The notes beneath the pieces were generated by a model that was not told the origin of the DNA, ran no database searches, and saw only the letters and a list, made by a program, of their open reading frames with translations. This document shows, piece after piece, positions 17,009 to 27,516 of a stretch of DNA of 56,894 nucleotides. Source of the DNA: Gemmatimonadota bacterium (GTDB taxonomy: Bacteria > Latescibacterota > UBA2968 > UBA8231); assembly GCA_038128265.1 (NCBI GenBank), contig JAYPJE010000026.1, positions 1 to 56,894 of the forward strand. The letters run 5' to 3'. The position numbers were made by a program, and so were the translations under genes. Position 1 is the stretch's first letter. Each line of letters starts with the position of its first letter.

Positions 17009-18077
17009 ATTTGTGGGCGCGCCAGATGAGCGCGACGGCCAGCAGGGCAAAGAGCATATTGGCTATCCACGCGCCCAGCCACGGCGCAATCACCTCATTC
17101 CAACCGAGAGCCTGACCGGCTTTAAGGCTGCTGTAGTAGGCGAAACAGATGAGCACACCTAGGCCAAAGCTGTTGGCCATGCCGGTGCGCCGCGCGTTGG
17201 CGCCGAGGGTGGCACCGAGGGCAATAATGATAAAGCAGGTCAGGGGAAATGAAATCTTGAGGTGGAGGTCAACGCGCTGGCGTGCCACGTCTTCGCCTCG
17301 CTCTGTGGCGCGTTCGATAAAGGACGCCAATTCGGCGTAGTTCATTTCTTCGGGGTCCTTGTGCTGGCGTGCAAAGTCGAGCGGCTGCAGGTGCAGGTCG
17401 CTCAGAGCGAGCGAGTCAAAGGCCGTTTCCGTCTGTCCGCTTTCGGTGAAATGGTATAACCGACCGTCAAAGGCGATCCATTGATCGCTGCGCCAGAGGA
17501 TATAGCGGGCGATAATGCGCTCGCTTGGGGTGCCCTCGCGCAAGCGTTCCCAGGATACCTCGTCGGCGCGCTGCTGGCGCGCGTCGTAGCTGCGCGCGAA
17601 GATAAGTTGACCCCCTCGATCTTGCAGAAGGACCTGTCGGCGCGAGCCGTCGCTGCGCTGCTGAGAGCGCATTTCGCTTTCGATTTCGTTGTGGCGCAGG
17701 GTGGCGCGCGGAACGACAACGTCGGTAAAGAGAAAGGCCAGTGCGCTAATGCATAGCGCGCAGAGAAAGGAGGGTAGGAGAATGCGCGCCAGGCTAATGC
17801 CGAGGGCTTTCATCGCAGCGATTTCGTTGTAGCGGGCAAAGCTAGTCAGGGCAAAGAGCGAACCGAGCAGCGCGGCGATGGGCAGAGTGAGAATGGCCCA
17901 ATAGGGCAGGCGATAGAAGTAGTAGAGGGCAATTTGGCGCGGCTGTGCGTCAAAGTCGATAAAGGTGTCGATATTTTCCGTCAGGTCGATAACAGCCGAG
18001 ACCAGAATAAGGCTGATGATGGCCAGCGCCAGGCAGAGGATAAGCCGTCGAATGATATACCAGTCGAGCGTGTGCAT
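17007..18077 (-). CDS. lptG: LPS export ABC permease LptG
   Basis: MHTLDWYI start, NEIAAMKALGISL motif, 3+3 TM layout. Follows lptF. Confidence 0.88.
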   Translation of the reverse strand: MHTLDWYIIRRLILCLALAIISLILVSAVIDLTENIDTFIDFDAQPRQIALYYFYRLPYWAILTLPIAALLGSLFALTSFARYNEIAAMKALGISLARILLPSFLCALCISALAFLFTDVVVPRATLRHNEIESEMRSQQRSDGSRRQVLLQDRGGQLIFARSYDARQQRADEVSWERLREGTPSERIIARYILWRSDQWIAFDGRLYHFTESGQTETAFDSLALSDLHLQPLDFARQHKDPEEMNYAELASFIERATERGEDVARQRVDLHLKISFPLTCFIIIALGATLGANARRTGMANSFGLGVLICFAYYSSLKAGQALGWNEVIAPWLGAWIANMLFALLAVALIWRAHK

Positions 18078-18078
18078 A

Positions 18079-19428
18079 TCAGCGGATGCCCTTCGGCATT
18101 GACTTCCAGCTGCGGTCGTGCGTAACGCTGCGCAGGAGCAGCAGGCCAACGGCTAGAAAGGCGATGTTGGGCGACCACATGGCCAGCGCCGGCGCTATAA
18201 ACCCGCGATCGGCCAGTTCTTCACCCCCGATGAGAAACATCCAGTATATCCAGAAAAATGCCAGGCTGATGCCAACGGATACGGCGGCACCGCGGCGGCG
18301 GATAATGGCGCCCAGTGGTGCGCCCAGCAGTGCGAAGATCAGACAGGCGGCGGGAATGGAAAACTTCTTGTGGATTTCCACTTCAAATTCGTCAATTTGC
18401 GCCTGGCGGTTGGCGATTAGGCGCATTTCCTTGCGCACCTTTTCGCGGACCAAGACGAGCTGGTTTAGCGGTTCGACGACCGAAGAGTCGGCGTCGTAGC
18501 TGCGCAGACGCAGCGGCAGCGGGCGTGCCTGTTCGCCGTCGGCAGGCATGGCCAATACCGTTAGCATATCCAGCATGGTGCTATCGAGACCGAGCAGGGC
18601 TCGCTCCTGCTCGACGCGCTTGTCGCGCACGTGTTGGCGCATGGTCGATATATCCATTTCGCGATCGCTGCGATAGGATGAAGGGCGCCGCTCAAAGGCG
18701 CGCCGCGGGTCTTTTATGTGCAGGACCTGGCTGGCAAAACGCCCAAAGAGCGAGCGCTCGCGGTCATCGTATTCAATGCGATGAATGTGGCCGTCCTCCA
18801 GCGTAAGACGCGCGTAGGAGCCGCTGTCAAAGAGCTGTAGTTGACCGCGCTGCGCGTGCAGGGCAACGGGTGGTCCCGGGCGCAGCACGTCGTAGAGCGT
18901 GATGCCGTTTAATGCGTTATCGCGCTCGTCTACCTGGCGAATGAGGAGGTTGTATCCGCCCAGTGCGCGCACGAAGATACCTTCTTTCTGCTTGAGGACC
19001 AGAGCGGCTTTGGTGCGCTGCAAGCTAGATGAGATGGTGCGTGCGCGGTGGTTCCAATCTGGCAGTATGCGGTCGTTGAAGGCGATCATGAGCAGGGACA
19101 GCACGCCTGCCGCAACGAGGACGGGGCGCAAAAGGCGAAAAAAGCTAACGCCGCAGGCTTTGGCCGCCAGTATTTCTCCGTCGGCCGCCAGCCGGGCAAA
19201 GGCCATCAACACGGCGATTAGCACGGCCATGGGAACGGCTAAGGCAATGATCCACGCTAGGTTGAATAACAGCAACTGCAGGGCGGTTGTCGCGCCGAGG
19301 CCCTTGCTGAGCATGCGATCCATAAACTGCAGGGCAACGTCGATCAACAGGACGAAAACAATCAGCGCAAAGCCGAGGACAAAGGGCCACAGGTGCTCTT
19401 TGAGGACATAGCGGGAAAAGGCGTTCAA
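18079..19428 (-). CDS. lptF: LPS export ABC permease LptF
   Basis: RYVLKEHL, RLAADGEILAAKACGVS, EIHKKFSIP and WSPN motifs. Confidence 0.88.
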   Translation of the reverse strand: MNAFSRYVLKEHLWPFVLGFALIVFVLLIDVALQFMDRMLSKGLGATTALQLLLFNLAWIIALAVPMAVLIAVLMAFARLAADGEILAAKACGVSFFRLLRPVLVAAGVLSLLMIAFNDRILPDWNHRARTISSSLQRTKAALVLKQKEGIFVRALGGYNLLIRQVDERDNALNGITLYDVLRPGPPVALHAQRGQLQLFDSGSYARLTLEDGHIHRIEYDDRERSLFGRFASQVLHIKDPRRAFERRPSSYRSDREMDISTMRQHVRDKRVEQERALLGLDSTMLDMLTVLAMPADGEQARPLPLRLRSYDADSSVVEPLNQLVLVREKVRKEMRLIANRQAQIDEFEVEIHKKFSIPAACLIFALLGAPLGAIIRRRGAAVSVGISLAFFWIYWMFLIGGEELADRGFIAPALAMWSPNIAFLAVGLLLLRSVTHDRSWKSMPKGIR

Positions 19429-19630
19429 CCGTTGGACTCCGCGTTGGCGGGCGTGTAGCTGAGGTGACGCTGTGCCACATAGCGCACACGTGCGCTGCGT
19501 GGGGGGGGCGGTCGGTCGGTTTGTGAACGGATTGAATAGGCCATGCGTGCTTCAAATATAACGACTTGCGAGAAATATAAAAAAGCGGTGGAGTCTGTTA
19601 TGCGGGAATGGATTTTGCGGTGGGCGCTCC

Positions 19631-19659
19631 TTGAAATTATATGGGCCTCGTGCTATGTT
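19631..19659 (+). promoter_or_regulatory. Putative sigma70 promoter upstream of sprA
   Basis: TTGAAA-17 bp-TATGTT. Confidence 0.45.
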
Positions 19660-19740
19660 TTCACAGAAGTGCGGTGCCCTTCCCAAGCGAAGCGGTCGCC
19701 GTTTTGATCGTCCCGACTTCCGGAGACCGCTTATAGCGCT

Positions 19741-22700
19741 TTGTTATTGCGTCGTCGCCTTTGCCCTGCAGAGGCATGGTTTGTGTCATCTCCATACTTA
19801 GTGCGCGTTCGGACGGTCGGATTGCATCTATATCGCTCCCACGTATTTCCGTTGTACATGGCGCTGTGTTCGCTGCTGGCGCTGGCCCTGCCCGAATGCT
19901 CGTTTGGCGAGCCCGCACTGCGCTATAATCCGCTCTACGGGCCACTGGCCGCCTCTTTTGAGCGCGCCTCCTCGTCCTTTGGCGCTGGGCGTCCCCTGCT
20001 CCCGCAGCGCGGGCGCCAAGAGCTCATATCGCATCAGGTTGCCGTCGACTCGATGGGCGCACACTACAGCCAGCGCGTCAGTGGCTTTGAGTCGGGCGCT
20101 GCCGTCCGTATTGCCTTTGAAGACTATCTCGAGTTGGAATACGAGCGGCGCCAAGTCGATATATGGCAGCAGCAGATTCGCCGCGAATTTCGCCAGGCCT
20201 CGCTGCAGCAGCGGCGCCAGAAGACCAGTCGCTTTGAGTGGACGGTGCCCTTTACGGCCCCCAAGCCGCTGCGGCGCTTTATTGGCGATGAGGGCCCGAG
20301 TCTGCGCCTAAACGGATCGCGCACTATCATCGTGTCCGGGCGCAGCGAGTGGACCGCTGGCGAGGTGCAGACGTCCATTGGACGTCCGTCCAAATTTCCC
20401 TCCCTAAGCATTGATCAAGAGTCTAAGTTTTCCGTCGAAGGCAAGGTCGGCGAGCTGATTAACGTGCGCATCGACCAGGACACGGAGAGCCTGGGGTCGG
20501 CGTTTAGCAGCAACTTGAGAGACCAACTGTCCAACGAACTGGCGAACCAGATCAAGCTCGACTACAAGGGCGAGGACGATTCCATCTTCCAAGAGGTGCA
20601 GGCTGGCAATACGACGCTGGAGCTGCCCGGCACGCGCTTTGTCGGTTTCCGCCAGCAGAACAAGGGGCTCTTTGGCATTCGCGCCAAGGGGCACCTCGGA
20701 CCGCTGGCTTTTACGACGGTGGCTAGCCACGAAAAGAGCAAGAGCAATCGCCAGACCTTTAAGGGGGGCGCCGCCGTCGATACGCTGGTTATCCGCGACT
20801 ACCAATATCTCCGCAATACCTACTTTTATCTGCACGAGTTTTATCGCGCCAACCTGCCCGACTTTCGCGTCCTCAACCAGGGGGCGCAGTTTGGCGCCGA
20901 GAGCTTTGTCGACGTCGGCGCTCTCGAAGTATACGTCAACGACTTCAATACGAATAACGATGCCGAGACCTATGCCAAACCGGGTGTGGCCTGGGTCGAT
21001 CCGTCCGATACGCTGGGCACGGCTGAGATCCAGTGCTTTAATGGCGCCGGTACTCGACTGCAAAACAGCGGCTGCTTTGAGACGGGGACCTGGGAATTGC
21101 TCGATCCCGATGAAGACTACACGATTGTCGCCGAGGCGGGATATCTCATACTCGAACGCCCCGTTACTGAGAGCTATGCGCTGGCCGTTCGCTATCGCAC
21201 GCTCGACCCGAGTTTCGATGGCCCCGTGCAGCGTGAAACCGCGCGCTTTGTGACGGCTTCGGCCGATAGCTTAGAGCTCAAGCTAATCAAGGCGCGCAAC
21301 GCGCGGCCCGGCTTTCCGACGTGGAATCTGGAGTGGAAAAACGTCTATCGAATCGCTTCGGGTTTTGGCGCCGGGCGCAAATTCGACTCCAAGACGCTGC
21401 GCGTAGAGATCGTCAAGGAAGTGTCGGGCCAGGAAGACCAGCCCTCGCAGAGTGGCAGCGCCTATATACGCCTAATGGGGTTGGACGAGCGCGGTCAGGA
21501 TCCAGGTAGCCCGGCCGATCGCATTATCGACGCCGACTACATCGGACTCGACGATATCCGCGGCCATCTGATTTTTCCCGATCAGCGTCCCTTTGACCCA
21601 CGCGCGCCGTCCTATAGGGGCCGCCTGCAAGATGTGATTCCCGAAATCTACGATAGCCAGCAGCAGCGCGACCAGACGGAGGCCAGCCGCTATAAAATCC
21701 GCGTGCGCGCCTCGTCGAGCGAACAGCGCATCCGTCTGGGCGGTGTATTCGGCGGCGTGCGGCCAGAGACGGTCGAAGTGCGTCTCAACGGGCGCGGTCT
21801 GACGCGCGGCACGGAATACAATGTCGACTTTATTGGCAACGTCACTTTTGTCGGCAACGTCGCCCAAGAAGTGGCCGATCCCGGCGCCGAGCTGGAGATA
21901 TCATTCGAGACGGAAGACGTGCTCGGGCTGGGCAGCCAGCAGAAAACCCTGTTGGGTCTGCGCAGCCAGTACGAGTTTTGGGGCGGCGATGGCAACGTCG
22001 GCAGCACGATGATCTACAACAACGAGCGCTCGAGCGAGCGCCGCGTGCGCGTGGGCACGGAGCCAACGCGCTCGATCATTTGGAATCTCGATCTGCGCGC
22101 GCGCCGCGAAATGCCCATGTTGACGCGCATGGTCGATATGGTGCCGCTGCTGAAGACGGCTGCGCCTTCGGAAGTCGTCCTCGACGCCGAGATCGCCCAG
22201 AGTCGACCCAACCTCAATACTAAAGGGCAGGGATATATTGACGACTTTGAGGGCAGTGAGCGCCCTACAAGCCTGGGCATAGGGCGCACGCGCTGGGTGC
22301 CGACGAGCCTACCGGAAACGGTTGGCTTTGACGTAGATTCGCGCGCAGACTTGGACTGGTACAATCCCTACGACGGCGTGCTGCGCACCGATATATGGCC
22401 CAATCAGGAGGATCAGCTAGAAGCGCAGAACCGCAATACGGACGTGCTAGCGCTGGCGCTGCGTCCGCGCCCCGAAGTGGCCGAGTCGTGGGGGGGGATT
22501 ATGGCCGCGCTAACGGCGGTCAACGACTTTTCGCAGTCGAAGTTTATGGAAATCTGGGTGCGTGGCGAAGAGGGCATACTGCACGTGGACTTAGGCGACC
22601 AGATAGACGAAGACTACGTTGAAAACGGTCGCTTAGACACAGAAGACGAGCCCTTTCCCGGCCGCTCGACAGGCGACGGCGTGGTGTCTAAGGAAGAAGA

Positions 22701-25700
22701 TATCGGCATTGATGGGCGAGATGACGAAGCCGAGTTAAACTACTATTTGCTGTTGGCCGACGCAGCGTTTGATACGACGCTTTCGCTCGAACAGCGCAAG
22801 CAGGCCTTCACTTCACTCTACCCCGATCCCGACCCGCTGCGTCCCGCGCGCTCGCCCGACGATCCCGAAGGCGATAACTGGCGCTACGAGCCGCAGCGCA
22901 ACAAAAACGACTACAGTCGCATTAACGGCACGCAGGGCAATAAAGTCGATTTGGAAACGGGCGATCGCCCCGATACCGAAGACCTGAACAACAACGGGGT
23001 CTTGGACCAGCGCAACAACTACTACCACTACGAGATCGACCTGTCCAATGATCGCTACGAGGTGCCCGGCACGCAGAGCAAGGGATGGCGTCAGCTGCGC
23101 CTGCCTCTCTACGACGAGTCCGTCGAGCGCGTAGGGCTGCCCGACTCGACGCGCATTGAGTTTGCCCGCCTGATGTTGAGCAGCGGTCCGCTACTAGACC
23201 CAGAAGCGACTATCGTAGCTGAAATTGCTCTGATTGAAGTGGTGGGAAACGAGTGGCAAGAAGACGAAATTGCGCGCTTCAACGATCGCTTTGTAATCGC
23301 CGAAGACGAGGCGCTCGACATAACGGTGGTGGGCACCGACAAGAGCCTCAGCTACAAGCCGCCACCCGGCGTTAAGCTGCGCCGCAACGCGCAGTCGCGC
23401 ACGCGCGAGCGCGAGCAGTCGCTCGTGCTGGCCTACGATGGGTTGGAGCCGGGCCATCAGATGTCGGCGACTAAAATTCTCAGCCGCGCTTCCAACTACA
23501 CTAGCTACGAGCGCCTGCGCATGTACGTGCACGGCGACACCATTGACACGGACTACGTTCGCGGCGATTCCAGCGAGTTAGAGCTCTTTGTGCGCTTTGG
23601 TGCCGACAGCACCAACTACTACGAGGTGATCAGCCCAATTTTTCCCGGCTGGGAAGGCGGCCGGCCCGGCTGGGACGGCAATAAAATCGATGTCGATCTG
23701 TTGGCTATCGCCCAGCTCAAGGCCGTGGCCGAGTCGTTTGGTGAAGCGGAAAACGATCCGCGCTATCGCCCGATCTACGCGGTGGTAGATGCGCGCGGCG
23801 CGCCGACCGAGGGGCGGCTGTTTCTGCACAAAGCAGAACTCGAGGAGCTGCGCGCGGCCGGTTTCGATCCCCAGGTAAATCCGTATGCGGTGGAACAGGA
23901 CTTTAGCCGGCCCGGCCTGCGCGACGGGGAAAACGCCGTCTACCGCGTGCGCGGTCGGCCCTCGATGCAGTCGGTCAAGCAACTGAGCATCGGTCTGCGC
24001 AATCGCGGTGGGACCCAGGCCTACAGCGGCCGCGTATTCGTCAACGAATTGCGCTTAGATGGTGCGCGCAACGACCCCGGTATGGCCGCCTATGCGCGGC
24101 TCAATACCAAACTGGCCGATTTTATGAATTTTGACACGCAGGTCGAGTGGCGGCAGGAGGACTTTCGCACGTTCAATGGCTCGGGCGGCAACAGCACCGA
24201 CCAGAGTGCGAGTATGCAGGCGACCGCGCAGCTGCACCAATTTCTGCCCGGCAGCTGGGGATTTTCTATACCGCTCAAGTTTAATCTGAGCCACGCTCAG
24301 AGCTTGCCCCGCTTCCGTGCGGGGGCCGATGTCGAGCTGACAAAAGCCGAGAAGCGCGACCAGAAAGCGGTGCGCACCAAGCAGTTTTACGATATCTCGC
24401 TGAGTCGTAGGCCGGGCAAGAACTGGCTGTTGAGATGGACCATAGATCAGGTCAATCTGCGGCTGTCGCATTCGAGTGAGTCGAGCACGGATCCCGTGCG
24501 CGTTATCGATCAGCAGAATGCGCAGACGTTTAACCTCGGCTATCGCATGCCGCTGCCCAAGCCATCGTTTCGCCCGCTGGCCTGGCTGCCCTCCATCGCT
24601 CCGGACGGATTGGAGGAAATGCGCCTGCGCGTTTTGCCCTCGAGCTTTAACTACACCATGGCCGGCAATCGGCGCACTTCGGAAAATCTGCAGCGAGGCG
24701 ACGCCGAGTCTACGACCCAAGAATACTTTTTTATCAATGAGACCTATGCGGCAAAGCTCAATCCGCTGACAGGGCTATCGGCTGACTACAATTTGCGCAT
24801 CGACCGCGATCTACGAAAAAAATTCGATCCCGCTGCGCTCAGCTTTGGCCGCGAAGTAGGCAGAAAGCAGACGGCTGACGTCACCTTCACGCTGCGTCTG
24901 GCTGAGTGGCTGGACCAGAATTACACGTTCAAGGCCAGCTACAACGAACAGAACGATCCTTCGCAGCGGCGCAGCACTACACTGGTCGACACAACTACGG
25001 GACGCGTAGTTGCCCCGTTTGACATCGATACGCAAAACGATTTATCGGCGCGTTTTAGCGTGAAAGTGCCGACGCTCTTGCGCAACCTCGGCCGCTCGCA
25101 GCAGGGCGCAACCGAGCGCAAAGAACGCCCCGTCGAGATGGACCCCGGCGAGCGCGCCGCGCTGGGCCTAGCCGAGGAAGACCGGCCGGATACGGCAGCA
25201 CAGGGCGAGAGAGCCCCCAAGCGACGCAGCCCTTTTATCCTGCGCCGCTTAGCGGGTTTTCTGGGTAAATACGTCGAGCCGGTCAACGCCAACTGGCGCC
25301 GCAACACGTCCGCGCGCAGCTTTAACCTGACCGAGCGGCCGCCGCTGCTGTATCAGCTGGGCTGGAGCGATTCGCTGCAGGTGCCGCGCGCAGCCGTTGG
25401 CTTGACCAATCAAGATGGCCGGTCGAACAGCGTGCAGCGCGAGGCCAATTCGGGGATGCGCATGCCACTGGGTATTAGTCTGAAGGCCAACGTGCGCGAG
25501 CAGTACAGCGAGCGCAGCGGCAGCGCGCAGAACCGCTTGCGCGTGACAGAAGAGCGGAGCTATCCGCGCCTCAATGTGACCTGGGGGCGAGCCGATCGCT
25601 TGCCCTACATAAAAAAGATTATCAATAGCGCTCAGGTGAACGTTCAGTTCGAGCGCTCGCAAAGCCGCGAGGGAGAAGGCAGCCTGCGCCCCGGTAGTCT

Positions 25701-26199
25701 ACTAACCAGGGGAACGAGCAGTGAATTTCGCCTTTCGTGGAACGGTCGCTGGCGCTGGGGACCGACAACGACGATCGAGCGCGTGGTATCCACGTCGACC
25801 AGCGAGGATTTTGAAATCGTTGCGGACGACAGCACGCTGACGGGGCCTCCGCCGCTGCGTGGAACGGGCAGTAACGAGCGCTCCTCGACGAATTTTACCA
25901 TCAAGTACGATCTCAAGCCGCGCAGTCTACCGCTCTTTGGCAAGCTCAAGAGCAATGTGGCGCTCAGTTTTGAAGTCGGCGTTTCCAACGAGACGCGCGC
26001 CAACGGCACGGCCGACGAAGCGCGCACGCCCATAACGGATCAGTCGACCTTTAAGACGCAGCTTTCGCTCACCTATAAATTCAGTGAAAACTTTCGCGGA
26101 ACGGGTCTTTTGCGCTGGGAAAACAACGATAACGGCCTGACGGACAAGACGCGCAAAACGCGTGAGGTAAAGCTCTCGGGCACGTTCTTCCTGCGCTGA
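19741..26199 (+). CDS. sprA: SprA/Sov-like large outer-membrane beta-barrel (T9SS translocon family); true start possibly TTG 19822
   Basis: About 2150 aa. Contains IKLDYKGEDDSIFQEVQAGN, GLFGI, WNLEWKNVY, YIDDFEGS, PDTEDLNNNG and FVNELRL, with alternating beta-strands in the C-terminal part. Confidence 0.88.
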   Translation: MLLRRRLCPAEAWFVSSPYLVRVRTVGLHLYRSHVFPLYMALCSLLALALPECSFGEPALRYNPLYGPLAASFERASSSFGAGRPLLPQRGRQELISHQVAVDSMGAHYSQRVSGFESGAAVRIAFEDYLELEYERRQVDIWQQQIRREFRQASLQQRRQKTSRFEWTVPFTAPKPLRRFIGDEGPSLRLNGSRTIIVSGRSEWTAGEVQTSIGRPSKFPSLSIDQESKFSVEGKVGELINVRIDQDTESLGSAFSSNLRDQLSNELANQIKLDYKGEDDSIFQEVQAGNTTLELPGTRFVGFRQQNKGLFGIRAKGHLGPLAFTTVASHEKSKSNRQTFKGGAAVDTLVIRDYQYLRNTYFYLHEFYRANLPDFRVLNQGAQFGAESFVDVGALEVYVNDFNTNNDAETYAKPGVAWVDPSDTLGTAEIQCFNGAGTRLQNSGCFETGTWELLDPDEDYTIVAEAGYLILERPVTESYALAVRYRTLDPSFDGPVQRETARFVTASADSLELKLIKARNARPGFPTWNLEWKNVYRIASGFGAGRKFDSKTLRVEIVKEVSGQEDQPSQSGSAYIRLMGLDERGQDPGSPADRIIDADYIGLDDIRGHLIFPDQRPFDPRAPSYRGRLQDVIPEIYDSQQQRDQTEASRYKIRVRASSSEQRIRLGGVFGGVRPETVEVRLNGRGLTRGTEYNVDFIGNVTFVGNVAQEVADPGAELEISFETEDVLGLGSQQKTLLGLRSQYEFWGGDGNVGSTMIYNNERSSERRVRVGTEPTRSIIWNLDLRARREMPMLTRMVDMVPLLKTAAPSEVVLDAEIAQSRPNLNTKGQGYIDDFEGSERPTSLGIGRTRWVPTSLPETVGFDVDSRADLDWYNPYDGVLRTDIWPNQEDQLEAQNRNTDVLALALRPRPEVAESWGGIMAALTAVNDFSQSKFMEIWVRGEEGILHVDLGDQIDEDYVENGRLDTEDEPFPGRSTGDGVVSKEEDIGIDGRDDEAELNYYLLLADAAFDTTLSLEQRKQAFTSLYPDPDPLRPARSPDDPEGDNWRYEPQRNKNDYSRINGTQGNKVDLETGDRPDTEDLNNNGVLDQRNNYYHYEIDLSNDRYEVPGTQSKGWRQLRLPLYDESVERVGLPDSTRIEFARLMLSSGPLLDPEATIVAEIALIEVVGNEWQEDEIARFNDRFVIAEDEALDITVVGTDKSLSYKPPPGVKLRRNAQSRTREREQSLVLAYDGLEPGHQMSATKILSRASNYTSYERLRMYVHGDTIDTDYVRGDSSELELFVRFGADSTNYYEVISPIFPGWEGGRPGWDGNKIDVDLLAIAQLKAVAESFGEAENDPRYRPIYAVVDARGAPTEGRLFLHKAELEELRAAGFDPQVNPYAVEQDFSRPGLRDGENAVYRVRGRPSMQSVKQLSIGLRNRGGTQAYSGRVFVNELRLDGARNDPGMAAYARLNTKLADFMNFDTQVEWRQEDFRTFNGSGGNSTDQSASMQATAQLHQFLPGSWGFSIPLKFNLSHAQSLPRFRAGADVELTKAEKRDQKAVRTKQFYDISLSRRPGKNWLLRWTIDQVNLRLSHSSESSTDPVRVIDQQNAQTFNLGYRMPLPKPSFRPLAWLPSIAPDGLEEMRLRVLPSSFNYTMAGNRRTSENLQRGDAESTTQEYFFINETYAAKLNPLTGLSADYNLRIDRDLRKKFDPAALSFGREVGRKQTADVTFTLRLAEWLDQNYTFKASYNEQNDPSQRRSTTLVDTTTGRVVAPFDIDTQNDLSARFSVKVPTLLRNLGRSQQGATERKERPVEMDPGERAALGLAEEDRPDTAAQGERAPKRRSPFILRRLAGFLGKYVEPVNANWRRNTSARSFNLTERPPLLYQLGWSDSLQVPRAAVGLTNQDGRSNSVQREANSGMRMPLGISLKANVREQYSERSGSAQNRLRVTEERSYPRLNVTWGRADRLPYIKKIINSAQVNVQFERSQSREGEGSLRPGSLLTRGTSSEFRLSWNGRWRWGPTTTIERVVSTSTSEDFEIVADDSTLTGPPPLRGTGSNERSSTNFTIKYDLKPRSLPLFGKLKSNVALSFEVGVSNETRANGTADEARTPITDQSTFKTQLSLTYKFSENFRGTGLLRWENNDNGLTDKTRKTREVKLSGTFFLR

Positions 26200-26249
26200 C
26201 CCGCGCGCCATATTCGATTTGCCCATCGCCCTGCCGAGAGGTATTTTCC

Positions 26250-26603
26250 ATGTTTAATCGCCGCGAGCGCATTGTGCTTTCCTGCCTGTGCGCCTCTTTG
26301 TTAGTCGGCATATTGACGCACTGTTTTGCGGCCTGGCATCCTGGGGAACTGCAGAACTTTCGCATTGAGCGGGCTGCGGTCGAAGTGGTTCCGGTTGAGC
26401 AAGGCGAGGCGCTGATTGATCTCAACAAGGCTTCGGCTGAAGAGCTGCAGCGGGTGCCGGGCATCGGCGAAAAGACGGCGGCGCGCATCGTCGAATATCG
26501 TCGACAGAGCGGAGGTTTTTCTGCTCTGCAGGAACTGCGCCAGGTTCGGGGCATCGGCGCGGCCACGCTGGAGAAGATAGCGCCTTTTGTACGCGTGCCT
26601 TAA
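26250..26603 (+). CDS. comEA: ComEA-family helix-hairpin-helix DNA-binding protein
   Basis: N-terminal TM, then IDLNKASAEELQRVPGIGEKTAARIVEYR and VRGIG. Confidence 0.9.
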   Translation: MFNRRERIVLSCLCASLLVGILTHCFAAWHPGELQNFRIERAAVEVVPVEQGEALIDLNKASAEELQRVPGIGEKTAARIVEYRRQSGGFSALQELRQVRGIGAATLEKIAPFVRVP

Positions 26604-26619
26604 TCCAAGGGAATGACGA

Positions 26620-27516
26620 GTGCTGGGGTTTCGAGGAAAAACGGCTACGGGAATACACATGGTCGGCCAACGGGCATGGCTGGCTTCTCTGTGCCGGCGT
26701 CGCAGTCGGTTGGAAGCGCACGCGCTAGTCGATTTTGACCTCCCATTTCGCGCCGATGCGGCGGCGTTGGCCGATGCGCAGATGCGTGCCCAGCTGGCCG
26801 AGGTGCTGATCGAAGTTGGCGAGGAATACGAGGTCGATTACGCCAACGTGAGCTTCGCTCTTGAGCACAGCATTGTCCTGTTAAAAAGGAGTCCGCTGAT
26901 CGCTGGCAGCGAGCGCGAGATGCGCGAGCACTTACAGTGGGAAGCCGAGCAATTTTTGGCCGGCGAAGAGCGCGATTTTAGCGTAGACTGCCTGCTCGAA
27001 TCGGATTGGGGCCTGTTTGTAGCCGTGCGCCACAGCGCGTTGGATTGCTATCTCGAACTCGGAGCGGAAACGGGCATGAAGCAGGTCGATGTCGACGTGC
27101 CGGCCTTTGCCCTTTACAACGCGGGTGAGTGCGCCGGTTTGCTGCCGAGCGCCGAGCGCGAGCTGTTGGTATACGCCAACGCTGACGAGGCGCATATGCT
27201 GCTAGTGGAAGACGGCCAGCCGCTGCAGGTGTCGGTGCGCACCTGGGATGACGAGGACGATGCAGCAGAAATCCTGTCATCCGCTGCGAGGCGGCTGTTA
27301 AGAGAAGTTGAAGGCGGCGTGCAATGCACGTGGTGCGCCGGAGCCGACGCCGAGGTCTGGGGTGCTAATTTGGCCGAAAGCCTTGGGTGCTCGATGGCGC
27401 TATTGGATCCGCTAGCCCAGATTGAACAAGAAGAGCTTTCGGAAGAGTTTACGCCCGATCAGCGCACACCCTACGCAATTGCCGTGGGGTTGGCACAGCG
27501 GGGATTGGCGTCGTGA
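26620..27516 (+). CDS. PilM-like type IV pilus assembly protein
   Basis: LQWEAEQFL, VDVDVPAFALYNA and C-terminal YAIAVGLAQRG resemble PilM. Confidence 0.65.
   Translation: MLGFRGKTATGIHMVGQRAWLASLCRRRSRLEAHALVDFDLPFRADAAALADAQMRAQLAEVLIEVGEEYEVDYANVSFALEHSIVLLKRSPLIAGSEREMREHLQWEAEQFLAGEERDFSVDCLLESDWGLFVAVRHSALDCYLELGAETGMKQVDVDVPAFALYNAGECAGLLPSAERELLVYANADEAHMLLVEDGQPLQVSVRTWDDEDDAAEILSSAARRLLREVEGGVQCTWCAGADAEVWGANLAESLGCSMALLDPLAQIEQEELSEEFTPDQRTPYAIAVGLAQRGLAS

Noticed and set aside
19660..19740. Cobalamin riboswitch suggested by GGTGCCC
   Set aside because: The other conserved elements (GGGAA, GCCCCCGC, GCCACTG) are absent in the expected order.
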